The notes beneath the pieces are model-generated. The model was not told the origin of the DNA. It ran no database searches and saw only the letters and a program-made list of their open reading frames with translations. From Malacoraja senta (taxonomy: Eukaryota), in contig JAXLNO010000477.1 of NCBI GenBank assembly GCA_038087875.1, positions 62,001 through 126,000 on the forward strand: DNA of 64,000 nucleotides. The letters run 5' to 3'. The translations under genes were made by a program, and so were the position numbers. Below, piece after piece: positions 38,201-51,218 of this stretch (positions are counted from its first letter, which is position 1; every line of letters starts with the position of its first letter).

Positions 38201-41200
38201 TGGGCAATCTTAGTCGCCGTCATTCTACGAACATTCCCGCTCTGATCATAAATATCACTTTTCTCAGATGATTAGCATTGGTAACGTTAGGCAACGGTTT
38301 ACTAATGTGATATTTACCGAGGAATAGTGAAAAGCTTTGTTTTGCTTCCGATCAACTCAGATCGGATAGATCGTGCATAGGTACAAACAGTTCAAACTCA
38401 GAGGTAGACAAAAGTGCTGGAGAAACTCAGCAGGTGCAGCAGCATCTATGGAGCGAAGGAAATAGGCAACGTTTCGGCCGAAACCCTTCTTCAAACTCAG
38501 ATACATCAGATAGCTCAAGGGGAATGTACAGAATACAGAATATTGTTCGTGATGTTATGATCAATATTGCCTTTTATTTCTACGAATCCCAGAATTGTCC
38601 GTGTGTTAGTAAGGATGAACATCATTTGCTCAGCCCACATTGCATAATTCAGACCGCCGTGGAACTGGTCATGTGCAGTTGGTGAAATCGTGTTCTGTAA
38701 AAACGCAAAGTTAGTACAATGTGCAAAACGTATCATTTGACTGTGCCGAGGTCCACAGCTGGAACGATGTATGATGCGTTGCTTCTGTGAACCATGAGAC
38801 ATCCCGCTGGGTACGTGGTGTAGTGACTAAGGGCATTAGGTTTTAGCCACGTTTATTATCACATGTATCAAGGTACAGTCTAAAACTTGGTTGTACATGC
38901 TGTCCAAACTGATCAGATATAGCATATACAGATTCAATCAGTTCAAACACGAGGACACAGAGTGGTGAGACTTTGTATAAACACGAGGTAGGTCAGTGTG
39001 TGGATTCGCACAGGGGTTAGCGGGTATATAGAACGAGCTACTAGTGGAGATAGTTGGGGTGAAACTATCACACAATGTAAAGACATTTGGACAGGTAGGT
39101 GTATAGGAATGGTTGACAATGATCAGGGACAAACATAGCAGGTGAGACTAGTGGAGATGGGGCACATTGGTCGGTTAGGGCAAGCTGGGCCGATGGTCTA
39201 TGACTATGTAAATAGGTGTAGCAAAGTGGACGATACAGAGTGCAGAACACAGTTTTCACCCTTGTATCGCATCGTTGTTCATCAGTTTGTGAGACAACGC
39301 CCAATGCCACAATGGGTTAGAGGCTGTTGTGAGACAACGCCCAATGCCGCAAAGTGTCTGTCGGAAACCAGCACCACTGCGTCACTTGGATGATGAATGA
39401 AAACAGCACCACTGCGTTTTCTTGGATGATGAATGAATGAAGTTAGAGGCAAATTGAGCAGATCCCCAACTCTGGAGGGACTGTTCAGAGGCCTGGTAAC
39501 GGAGGGTAACAAGTTATTCGTCTGACCCGTGGTGTGCAATTCAGAACTGACATCGGACTCAATCATTTCATGCCTGATTACATTACTCTTCATTTCCCTG
39601 TTGTTCAAAAAACATGTTCGCCCAGCTATATTTGTACTTGATAAATGAGCATCACTATCTTCTGGGTAGGAGGTACAGTGTATTCAGATATGTTTGACAG
39701 GATAAATTCCATCTTATCTCAGTCATCCAATTCGTATTCTGAAACATTTATCCTGACTAAATTATCCAGCAACTCTTTGTGTATTTCGGTGAATATCCAT
39801 CCTGTCAAGGCCTGTCGGAAGCCTACATTTATTGTGTCAATAAAATTACTTGTCGTTGTTCCAAACTGCACAGAGTAGTTGATCTGATAAACTGTTGGTC
39901 CATTGGCGGCCATTTTTGCCGAGGGATAAATCTCGACTTCAGTCTCTGCACCGAGCTGAAGACACGTATAGTGTTCCTTGAAAGATATAACGTCAAAGCA
40001 TAACCGTCTGCGGCCAAGGGGGAAAGGGGTAACTACAGAGAGAGTTGGACCTCCCATGGATCAAAGCGGTCACCTCTGTGTGGAGCCACAGGAGATGGAC
40101 ACGATCCTCAATAAGTATCTCTCCTCTGTATTTATCGAGGATAAAAACAGTCGGACGGAGGATCTTGGGGCAGTCAATGGAAGTGTCTTGAGAGCAGTCA
40201 GTGTTACCGTCGAAGAAGTACTGATGGTACTATCGTGTATCAAGGTAGACAAATCTCCAGGGCCTGATCAGACATATCCGAGGACATTGTACGAAACTAG
40301 AGTGGGAATTGCGGGAGCCCTCGTTGAAATTTACGTGGTCAAGATGCGGAAGTAGGCCATTCGGCCCTTAGACCCAGCACCGCCATTCGCTGTGAGCGTG
40401 GCTGATCATCCACAATCAGTACCCTGTTCCTGCCTTCTCCCTATATCCCTTGAATCTGCTATCTTTAAGAGCTCTATCTAACTCTCTCTTGAAAACACCC
40501 GGAGAATAGGCCCCACACTGCCCTCTGAGGCAGCGAATTCCACAGATTCACAACTCTCTGGGTGAGAAAGTGTTTCCTCATCTCCGTTCTAAATGGCTTA
40601 CCCCTTATTCTTAAACTGTGGCCCCTAGTTCTAGACTCCTCCAACATCGGGAACACGTTTCCTGCCTCTAGCGTGTTCAATCCCTTAATAATCTTATACG
40701 TTTCAATAAGATCCCCTCTCATCCTTCTAAATTCCAGTGTATACAAACCCAGTCGCACCATTCTTTCGACATACGACAGTCCCGCCATCCCGGGAATTAA
40801 CCGTGTAAACCATAGCAAGAACGTCCTTTCTCAAAATCGGAGACCAAAACTGCATACAATACTGCAGGTGTGTTCTCTCCAGGGCCCTGTCCAACTGTAG
40901 AAGGATATCTTTGCTCCTTTACTCAACTCCTGTGGTTATGAAGGCCATATTGGCTTTTGTGACAATATCCATGTTTTATGCATATGAGCTGTACTCATTC
41001 TCGCACATGCTCAGACTTGCGCATAAAATTATGTAAATCAGTCAGTGACCTTTAACTTGGAAATAAATCATTCTTGCTTTTGATTCCTGCACGAGTGTGT
41101 GTGGAGCCATCTTTTTCCGTCTAATATGTGCTAGTTTTACCTTCATCGTAAGCAGACACATATCAAAACATTGTGGCAGCGGTGAAAGTGAAGATTTGTG

Positions 41201-42152
41201 GATAAAATGGATGCTATGATGATTAGCAAAAATGCTTTGAAAAGCTTTCAGGAATCAGTGTTTCAATGCTAGCTGCATGAAGTGTCACGCTGTGGGGTAG
41301 TTCTGATGGAATGACACACTGTGGGGTTGTACAGCTGCTGCATGCATGAGTGGAATGATATGCAGGCCAGTGAGCACACAACGATAAGGCGCAGTGTGTA
41401 AATCAGTACTGTTGGAGATTGCTTAAACATAGCACTCGCTGCATGGAAACAGATAAAATAGTTTTGTTTCAATATATTTGCGATAGTAGTAGAAGATATT
41501 AGAGAATATTACGCAAATTGCGCAGTCGCGCGTTGACCTTAAAGCTAAACGATACGTAAGCCATTAAGAGCGACGGGATACCCAGATATTGAATTGAATT
41601 GAATTGAATTGAATTTCCTTTATTGTCATTCAAACAATAATTTGAACGAAATTGCGTACCTTGCAGTCATGACAGAAAAAAAGCAACAAAACACACAATT
41701 AACACAATTTAACACAAGCATCCATCATCGTGAATCTCTAGGCACCTCCTCACAGTGAAGGAAGGCAAAAAGTCTTATCTCTTCCTTGCTCGTTCTCCCG
41801 CTGCGTCGAGACGATCGACATTCCCGATGTTGAAGCCCCCGCCGGGGGTTGGGTAAATCCCGCGGCCGATTCCAAGCTCCGCGAAGGGGCCAACTCAAAC
41901 TCCGCGACCCGGGGCGGACGAAGCCGCCACCCTCCAGTCCAGCTGTTGCGGGAGCTGCCGAAAATCAGTCACCAAGCAGGGCCCTGCGAGCTCCCGATGT
42001 TACCGTCCACGGGACCCGCGGCCGAAGCCCGCCAAGCTCCGGAGTCGGGTCGCAGCCATATCTCCATCACTATGTCTACACCGTGATTAACCGTGATTAA
42101 CGCCATCAGTACTGCCCTGTCATGTCCATCTGTACTATCCAACAGTGTATCA
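35213..42152. repeat. Tandem segmental unit U3 (~6.9 kb)
   Basis: Colinear modules with the same junction sequence at both ends. Confidence 0.9.
38572..39976 (-). pseudogene. Unidentified gene, U3 copy (terminal exon ~38572-38694; internal exon 39574-39976)
   Basis: Longest open stretch, in ORF 39719..40057: [80 protein letters not shown]. Confidence 0.62.
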
Positions 42153-43504
42153 AATTGTGAAAGAGTGTAGCACATGTCACAATGTGATGACAATGAAAAT
42201 GGCCGGTTAGAGTGTGGCAAAGATTACTCGTGGACTTTGCAGAGTTAGATGGACAACAATTGTTCACTGTGATTGATAGTCACTCCGAGTGGGTTGAGGT
42301 TTTTCCGATGAACAAAACGACATCCAGCAAAACAGTAGACTTTTGCGAGGATCGTTTGCGTCCTATGGATTTCCAGAGGAAATTGTGTCTGATAACAGAC
42401 CTCAATTCTGTTCACAAGAATTTGCACAATTCATGAAATGGAATGGTGTAAAACACACTAGAGTCATTCCTTACCATTCCGCTTCAAATGGAGCAGCAGA
42501 GCGCACAGTGCAAATTGTAAAACGTCATTTAGTCAAACAACTGCTGGATCCAAATCCAATGAAAAGACAGTTGTCTCTGTCCACAAACTGGCTAACTTTC
42601 TGATAACATATCGAAACACACCTCACACCACTACTGGTCAAACGCCAGCTGAACTGTTCTTGAGGTGAAAACCAAGAACAAGGTTTTCACTGCTGAAACC
42701 AAACTTGGCTCAAACAGTAGAAAGGAAACAGGAAAAACAAAAAAGCATATCATGACAGAAGTAGATAAAGGAAAGCAGTGTTGAGTGGAATCAGAAGTTA
42801 AAGGTGAAAAACATCTGGCCGACTTCGGAGCTGTGGCGGGTTCTGGCGTTCCGGCGGCGGCGGCCCGACTCGGGGCTGAGGTGGTGTTACGGCGGCGGCG
42901 ACCCGACTCGGGGCTGAGGTGGTGTTACGGCGGCGGCGACCCGACTCGGGGCTGAGGTGGTGTTACGGCGGCGGCAACCCGACTCGGGGCTGAGGTGGTG
43001 TTACGGCGGCGGCGACCCGACTTCGGAGGTTCGGCCGCGGGCCCAGTAGACGACAACGTCGGGAGCTCGCAGGTCACAGGTTGGTGACCTGTTTTTCCAG
43101 AGCTCCCGCGGCAACAGCTTCGTCCGCTGGACTGGAGGGCGGCAGCTTCGATTACCCCGGGGCGCGGAGATTGAACCGGCCCGTTCGCGGAGCACGGTTG
43201 GGCCGCGGGACTTACTTACCATCACCAGGTGAGGGTCACAATATCGGAGACCTGGATCGCATTCGCGCAGAGGGAGAAGAAGGAGGGAAGAGACAAAGAC
43301 TTAAGATTTTTGCATTCCATCGCAGTGAGGAGGTGTCTGGTGAACTCACTGTGGTGGATGTTAAATTTGTGTTTATTGTGTGTTTTGTTATTTTATTATA
43401 TGTATGACTGCAAGGCAACGACATTTTGTTCAGACCGAAAGGTCTGAATGACAATAAAGTTTCCATGATCCATGATCCATGATCATCACAAGTGGATACT
43501 CCTA

Positions 43505-44390
43505 GGACATCCGGTGGCGCCCTAGCACATCCGGTCACGCTGTTACTAGCTGCCTCCGCCGAAAGTCTGGTTGTCTTTTTATTTTATTCTGTTTAGAGTG
43601 TGTTTTTTTAGTTTTTTTCAGTACTTTATGTGGGGGGAAGCGGCTAGAATAAAGGGGGAATCGTCCTTCAGTCGCTTCCTGGCGAGGATGCGGCTATTAT
43701 CCCAGTCGCGTCCTCGCCACCCCCTCACCCCCACCACCACCCCTTGTGGCCTACCAACTGGGACCGGACCAGAGATTCAGCAACTGTGGCGCTGCGCTCG
43801 ATACATCGCGGAGCGGGCGAGGCGTTACCTGGGATCGCCGCTTGGAGCTCGGGAGTGTTGGGCCGCTGCTCCAGCATCGCGGAGCTGTGGGTGCGGAGCT
43901 CCTAACGCGGGCGGAGCTGACTTTAACATCGCAAAGTCCTGGGACCCTTTGCCGGGTGTCGCCAGCTCGAATCTCCGCCCAGCGCGGCCTGTGGACGTCG
44001 GGAGCGGCGGACTCCGGTGGAAGGTGGAAGGTGGCCGATTCAGAGGTCCAGGCCGCTGAGGATGTTCTCCCGTTCGACGTCGCGGTTCCATCGTTCCCGG
44101 CGAGAGGGCCTGAACATCGGGCCGCCCGTGGCGGCGACTGCGGGGTGCTTGGGAGGCCGCGACCACGGGTGAACATTGGGGAACATCAGCGAGGAGGTTG
44201 ACTGGACACTGGTTCCTTCCCTCACAGTGGGGAACTTTGGTGCCGCTTTGGGGATGTTTGAGTTGTGGACTACTGTGTTCAGTGCTTTTGTGTTTTATTA
44301 ACATTTTATTTTTTGTATTACTGTGTGCGAAAAAGAAATTCGTTGTCTCTTAATTGAAGACAATGACAATAAATTAAATCAAATCAAATC
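43505..44390 (+). mobile_element. GC-rich non-autonomous retroposon; partial copies at ~26005-26125 and ~35822-36431
   Basis: Ends TGACAATAAA plus (AAATC)n. Interrupts Gypsy sequence that is contiguous in U1. Confidence 0.75.
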
Positions 44391-46397
44391 TAAAGTGGTT
44401 ACCGGGAAGAGTAGTGAGAAAGTGTAGACCACGGACATACTTGGTCAAGATGTTTGGAAGTGGGAAGGTGAGAAAAGTACACATTGACCATGTCATGCCT
44501 ATGCAAGCACAGACAGGTTTGCAACCAGATCAATTAGACGAGTCAGATAATTTGGTTACCACTCAAGTACAGGTACCAACGGATGAACCAGAAATGGTAC
44601 ATGAAGGTACACAAGATAGTGAGAGTTTGAACCAGCCTGAAAATGGAGGTTCAAGTGTGGTTGACAGTCTACAAAATTGACTGATGGTCTGGAATCTATG
44701 AATGGAGGTAAAAAGGAAGACTTGCCCCGATCAAAAATGAGTCCAAGAGGTTCTAAACAATCAGAAACGTTTGGTCAGAGACGATATCCAGACAAAAGGA
44801 GAAATCCGTCGGTTAGGTTTAATTTGTGAAGTTTAATTTGGGAAATGCACAGATCATTGCATATGCAACATATATGCCTCACCCCCTCATTTTCTTCAGA
44901 TTATATAAAAGTAAACTAATATAAAAGATTGTAATATATTCATACCGTTTTTGTTATATTCACAAATGTCAACAATGTATATTTAAAAATGTCAACAAGG
45001 CGATAACGTTTTCATTAAGGTGGGAGGAGTTATAATAGCGCCACCTTTAGTTGGAGCATTGTATATGATTGAATAAACCAAAGTGCAGCTATGCAGTCAT
45101 GTTCCGGTCACCAGTGAGTTAACTTGTTAATCTGTGTCTGAGCTCAAGATATCACAGATGGGAGTCAGGGGGTTTGTAGTAGATATTGGTCAGTAGTTGG
45201 TTACCTGCGATGGAGATAGTGAGGTCAAGAAACGGTGGGGAGATATTGGAAATGGTCCAGGTGAATTTGAGTGGCGGATGGAAGTTACTGGTGAATTGGA
45301 TGAAGTCAGTGAGTTCTACATGAGTGCAGGAGGCAGCATCATTGCAGTCGTCGATGTAGCGGAGGTAGAGTTCGGGAATAGGGCCACGGTATCGCCTCGA
45401 ACAAGGATATGGGCCCAGGCGCGAGCCAATAGCTACGCCTTGGATTTGAAGGAAATGGGAGGAATCAAAGGAAAAGTTGTTGAGGGTAAGGACCTGCTCC
45501 GCTAGGCGGAGGATTATCAGTAGACACGGACTGGTTGGTTCTGTGGTCGAGGAAGAAACAGAGGGCTTTAAGACCCTCCTGGTCGGGGATGGAGGTGTAG
45601 AGTGACTGGACATCCACGGTGAATATGAGGGAATGGGGGCCTGGAAAACGGAAGCCATGAAGGGGACGAAGAGTGTGTGAGGTGTCTGGGACATAGGTAG
45701 GGAGAGATTTGACCAGGGAGATAGGATGAAGTCGATGTATATGGAAATAAGTTTGGTGGTACAAGGGTCGAGGTATGTGGGAATTAAGGATAAATTAGAT
45801 AGTTCGAATGCATATTACTCTGCTGATCAAGAGCTAGTAAATGGGATTTAGTAATTGGATACTATCGACATAGATAGTTGTTGGGCCTGCTTCTCTGCTA
45901 TGTGAATCTGTGACACACGACCCAGTCTTGCACAATTCTCCACATGTGGTATCACCGTCACTAGTTATGGCAGGGGTCCGTTATTTTTCCCTTGAATGGG
46001 TCGAGTTATAATGAGAGGTGCGGACATTATTCCTTCGAGTGCCGGAGGATGAGGGATGATCTTATGATTATGTATAAAGTCACGAGGAAAATAGATCTGG
46101 TAATTGCACTTTTATCCAGGTCGAGGATTAAAAACCATCTTAGATATCGATATCATCTGTTTCACATGGACAATCTTAGTCGCCATCATACTACGAACAT
46201 TCCCGCTCTGATCATAAATATCACTTTTCTTAGATGATTAGGATTGGCAAGGTTAGGCAAAGGTTTGCTAGTGTGATATGTACCGAGGAATAGTGAAAAG
46301 CTTTGTTTTGCTTCCGGTCCACGAATAGATCGTGCATAGGTACAAACAGTTCAAACTCAGATACATCAGATAGACCAAGAGGAATGTACAGAATACA

Positions 46398-49300
46398 TAG
46401 ATACATAGATACATAGAAAATAGGTGCAGGAGTAGGCCATTCGGCCCTTCGAGCCTGCACCGCCATTCAATATGATCATGGCTGATCATCCAACTCAGTA
46501 TCCCGTACCTGCCTTCTCTCCATAACCCCTGATCCCTTTAGCCACAAGGCCCACATCAAACTCCCTCTTAAATATAGCCAATGAACTGGCCTCAACTACC
46601 CTCTGTGGCAGAGAGTTCCAGAGATTCACCACTCTCAGTGTGAAAACGTTTTTTCTCATCTCGGTCTTAAAGGATTTCCCCCTTATCCTTAAGCCGTGAC
46701 CCCTTGTCCTGGACTTCCCCAACATCGGGAACAATCTTCCTGCATCTAGCCTGTCCAACCCCATAAGAATTTTGTAAGTTTCTATAAGATCCCCTCTCAA
46801 TCTCCTAAATTCTCGCGAGTATAAGCCGGGTCTATCCAGTCTTTCTTCATATGAAAGTCCTGACATCCCAGGAATCAGTCTGGCGAACCTTCTCTGCACT
46901 CCCTCTATGGCTATAATGTCCTTCCTCAGATTTGGAGACCAAAACTGTACGCAATACTCCAGGTGTGGTCTCACCAAGACCCTGTACCACTGCAGTAGAA
47001 CCTCCCTGCTCCTATACTCAAATCCTTTTGCTATGAAAGCTAACATACCATTCGCTTTCTTCACTGCCTGCTGCACCTGCATGCCTACTTTCAATGACTG
47101 ATGTACCATGACACCCAGGTCTCGCTGCATCTCCCCTTTTCCTAATCGGCCACCATTTAGATAATAGTCTGCTTTCCTGATTTTGCCACCAAAGTGGATA
47201 ACCTCACATTTATCCACATTATACTGCATCTGCCAAACATTTGCCCTCTCACCCAGCCTATCCAAGTCACCTTGCAGTCTCCTAGCATCCTCCTCACAGC
47301 TAACACTGCCCCCCAGCTTAGTGTCATCCGCAAACTTGGAGATGTTGCCTTCAATTCCCTCATCCAGTTCATTAATATAAATTGTAAATAGCTGGGGTCC
47401 CAGCACTGAGCCTTGCGGTACCCCACTAGTCACTGCCTGCCATTGTGAAAAGGGCCCGTTTACTCCTACTCTTTGCTTCCTGTTTGCCAGCCAGTTCTCT
47501 ATCCACATCAATACTGAACCCCCAATACCGTGTGCTTTAAGTTTGTATATTGATCTCTTATGTGGGACCTTGTCGAAAGCCTTCTGAAAGGCCAGATACA
47601 ACACATCCACTGGTTCTCCCCTATCCACTCTACTAGTTACATCCTCGAAAATTCTATAAGATTCGTCAGACATGATTTACCTTCCGTAAATCCATGCTGA
47701 CTTTGTCCAATGATTTCACAACTTTCCAAATGTGCTGCTATCCCATCTTTAATAACTGACTCTAGCAGTTTCCCCACTACCGATGTTAGACTAACTGGTC
47801 TGTAATTCCCCGTTTTCTCTCTCCCTCCCTTCCTAAAAAGTGGGGTTACGTTTGCTGCCCTCCAATCCTCAGGATCTACTCCAGAATCTAAAGAGTTTTG
47901 AAAAATTATCACTAATGCATCCACTATTTCTGGAGCTACTTCCTTAAGTACTCTGGGATGCAGCCTATCTGGCCCTGGTGATTGATCAGCCTTTAATCCA
48001 TTCAATTTACCCAACACCTCTTCCCGACTAACCTGGATTTCATTCAGTTCCTCCATCTCCTTTGACCCGCGGTCCCCTGCTATTTCCGGCAGATTATTTA
48101 TGTCTTCCTTAGTGAAGACGGAACCAAAGTAGTTATTCAATTGGTCCGCCATATCCTTGTTCCCTATGATCAATTCACCTGTTTCTGACTGCAAGGGACC
48201 TACATTTGTTTTAACTAATCTCTTTTTCTTCACATATCTATAAAAACGTTTGCAGTCAGTTTTTATGTTCCCTGCCAGTTTTCTTTCATAATCTATTTCC
48301 CCTTTCCTAATTAAGCCCGTTGTCCTCCTCTGCTGGTCTCTGAATTTCTCCCAGTCCTCTGGTATGCTGCTTTTTTCTGGCTAATTTGTACGCATCATCT
48401 TTTGCTTTGATACTATCCCTGATTTCCCTAGTTATCCACGGATGCACTACCTTCCCTGATTTATTCTTTTGCCAAACTGGGATGAACAATGTTTGTAGTT
48501 CATCCATGCAGTCTTTAAATGCCTTCCATTGCATATCCACCGTCAACCCTTTTAGAACCAATTGCCAGTCAATCTTGGCCAATTCACGCCTCATACCCTC
48601 AAAGTTACCTTTCTTTAAGTTCAGAACCATTGTTTCTGAATAAACAATGTAACTCTCCATCCTAATGAAGAACTCAACCATATTATGGTCACTCTTGCCC
48701 AAGGGGGCACGCACAACAAGACTGCTAACTAACCCCTCCTCATTACTCAATACCCAGTCTAGAATAGCCTGCTCTCTCGTTGGTTCCTCTACATGTTGGT
48801 TTAGATAACTATCCCGCATACATTCCAAGAAATCCTCTTCCTCAGCACCCCTGCCAATTTGATTCACCCAATCTATATGTAGATTGAAGTCACCCATTAT
48901 AACTGTTTTGCCTTTGTTGCACGCATATCTAATTTCCTGTTTGATACCATCCCCAACTTCACTACTACTGTTAGGTGGCCTGTACACAACACCCACCAGC
49001 GTTTTCTGCCCCTTAGTGTTTCGCAGCTCTACCCATGTCGATTCCACATCCTCCAAGCTAATGTCCTTCCTTTCCACTGCGTTAATCTCCTCTCTAACCA
49101 GCAACGCTACCCCACCTCCGTTTCGTTTCTCTCTATCCCTCCTGAATATTGAATATCCCTGGATGTTCAGCTCCCAGCCTTGGTCACCCTGGAGCCATGT
49201 CTCCGTGATCCCAACTATATCATAATCATTAATAGCTATCTGCACCTTCAACTCATCCACCTTATTACGAATGCTCCTTGCATTGAGACACAAAGCCTTC

Positions 49301-49657
49301 AGGCTTGTTTTTACAACGCTCTTACCCCTTTTACAATTATGTTGAAAAGTGGCCCTTTTTGATTTTTGTCCTGGATTTGTCTGCCTGCCACTTTTACTTT
49401 TCACCTTGCTACCTATTGCTTCCGCCCGCATTTTACACCCCTCTGTTTCTCTGCTCACCCATTTAAGAACCCCACCACCTCTTATTCTCTGTTTATTATT
49501 GTTTTCTTCTTTCCCCCCTACATGTTGGGTTTGAGTGCTTTCCTTCTCTGCCTCCTGCCTCACACACTGTCTAATAGCTTTCTCTATTTGAGTCCCTCCC
49601 CCCAACCGTTCTAGTTTAAAGTCTCCCCAGTAGCCTTTGCAAATCTCCACGCCAGGA
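46398..49657 (-). mobile_element. CR1 LINE, 3.3 kb, near-complete ORF2 (APE endonuclease + RT) with frameshifts
   Basis: ORFs 48307..49650 (LNARSI, GITETWL, GVVYRPP, MGDFN, LDWVL, SDH), 47637..48233 and 46495..47673 (FADD). ATACA is duplicated at 46393-97 and 49659-63. Confidence 0.96.
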
Positions 49658-49696
49658 GATACAGAATATTGTTCGTGATGTTATGCTCATTATTGC

Positions 49697-51218
49697 CTTT
49701 TATTTCTACGAATCCCAGAATTGCCCGTGTGTTTGTAAGGATGAACATCATTTGAACAACATTTGCTCAGCCCACATTGCATAATTGAGACCGCCGTGGA
49801 ACTGGTCATGTGCAGTTGGTGAATTCGAGCTGTAAAAACGCAATGTTAGTACAATGTGCAAAACGTATCATTTGACTGTGCCGAGGTCCACAGCTGGAAC
49901 GATGTATGATGCGTTGCTTCTGTGAGCCATGAGACATCCCGCTGGGTTCGTGGTGTTGGGAACAATTAAGATGGGAAGAGCATTAGGTTTTAGCCACGTT
50001 TATTATCACATGTATCAAGGTACAGTCTAAAACTTGGTTGTACATGCTGTCCAAACTGATCAGATATAACATATACAGATTCAATCAGTTCAAACACGGG
50101 GACACAGAGTGGTGAGTCTTTGTATAAACACAGCGGTGGTCAGCGTGTGGATTCGCACAGGGGTTCGTGGGTATATAGAACGTGTTGCCAGAGGAGATAG
50201 TTGGGGTGAAAACTATCACAACATTTAAAGACATTTGGACAGGCAGGTGTATAGGAAAGGTTGACAATTATCAGGGACAAACATAGTAGGTGGGACTAGT
50301 GTAGATGGGGCACTTTGGTCGGTGGGAGCAGCAAGCTGGACGATGGTCTATGACTATGTAAATAGATGAAGCAAAGTGGACGATACAGAGTGCAGAACAC
50401 AGTTTTCACCATTGTATCGCAACATTGTTCATCAGTTTGTCAGACAACACCCATTGGTTTAGAGGCTGTTGTGAGACAACGCCCAATGCCACAATGGGTT
50501 AGAGGCTGTTGTGAGACAAAGCCCAATGCCACAATGGGTTAGAGGCTGTTGTGAGACAACGCCCAATGCCACAATGGGTTAGAGGCTGTTGTGAGACAAA
50601 GCCCAAACCCGCAATTTTCCCGTCGGAAACCAGCACCACTGCGTCACGAATGTTTTCTATGATGATGAATGAACGAAGTTAGAGGCAAATTGAGCAGAAA
50701 CACAGCTCTGGAGGGACTGTTTAGGCGCCTGATAACAGAGGGTAATAAGCTATCCGTATGTCCCGTGGTGCGCAATTCAGAACTGACCTCAGACTCAATC
50801 ATTTCATACATGATTACATTATTCTTCATTTCCACATCGTAAAAAAAAACCATGTTCGCCCAGCCATATTTGTACTTGATAAATGAGCGTCACTATTTTC
50901 TGGGTAGGAGGTACAGTGTATTCAGATATGTTTGCCAGGATACATTCCATCTTATCCTAGTCACTCAATTCTTATTCTGAAACATTTATCGTAACTAGAT
51001 TATCCAGCGACCCTTTGTGTATTTCGGTGTATAATCATCCTGTCAAGGCCTCTCAGAAGCTGACATTTGTTGTGTCAATAGAATCACTTGTCGTTGTTCC
51101 AAACTGCACAGAGTAGACGGTCTGATCAACTGTTGGTCCTTTGGCGGCCATTTTTGCCGAGGGATAAATTTCGACTTCAGTCTCTGCACCGAGCTGAAGT
51201 CGAAATTGCATAGTGTTC
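49697..51218 (-). pseudogene. Unidentified gene, U4 copy (terminal exon ~49697-49829; internal exon 50810-51218)
   Basis: Homology to the other copies; multiple disruptions. Confidence 0.55.
50440..50608. repeat. 40-bp minisatellite, ~4 copies (U3 has ~1.5 copies at 39288-39348)
   Basis: Same unit. Confidence 0.92.

Noticed and set aside
39719..39721. Shared in-frame TGA as selenocysteine
   Set aside because: The copies carry other stops and frameshifts, the old paralogue reads this site in another frame, and I saw no SECIS.
39690..39790. Assignment of the unknown exon to CARD (KGLLDNL) or NMI/IFP35 (INVSE...DKME) families
   Set aside because: Only short motif resemblances, and they are not kept in the old paralogue.
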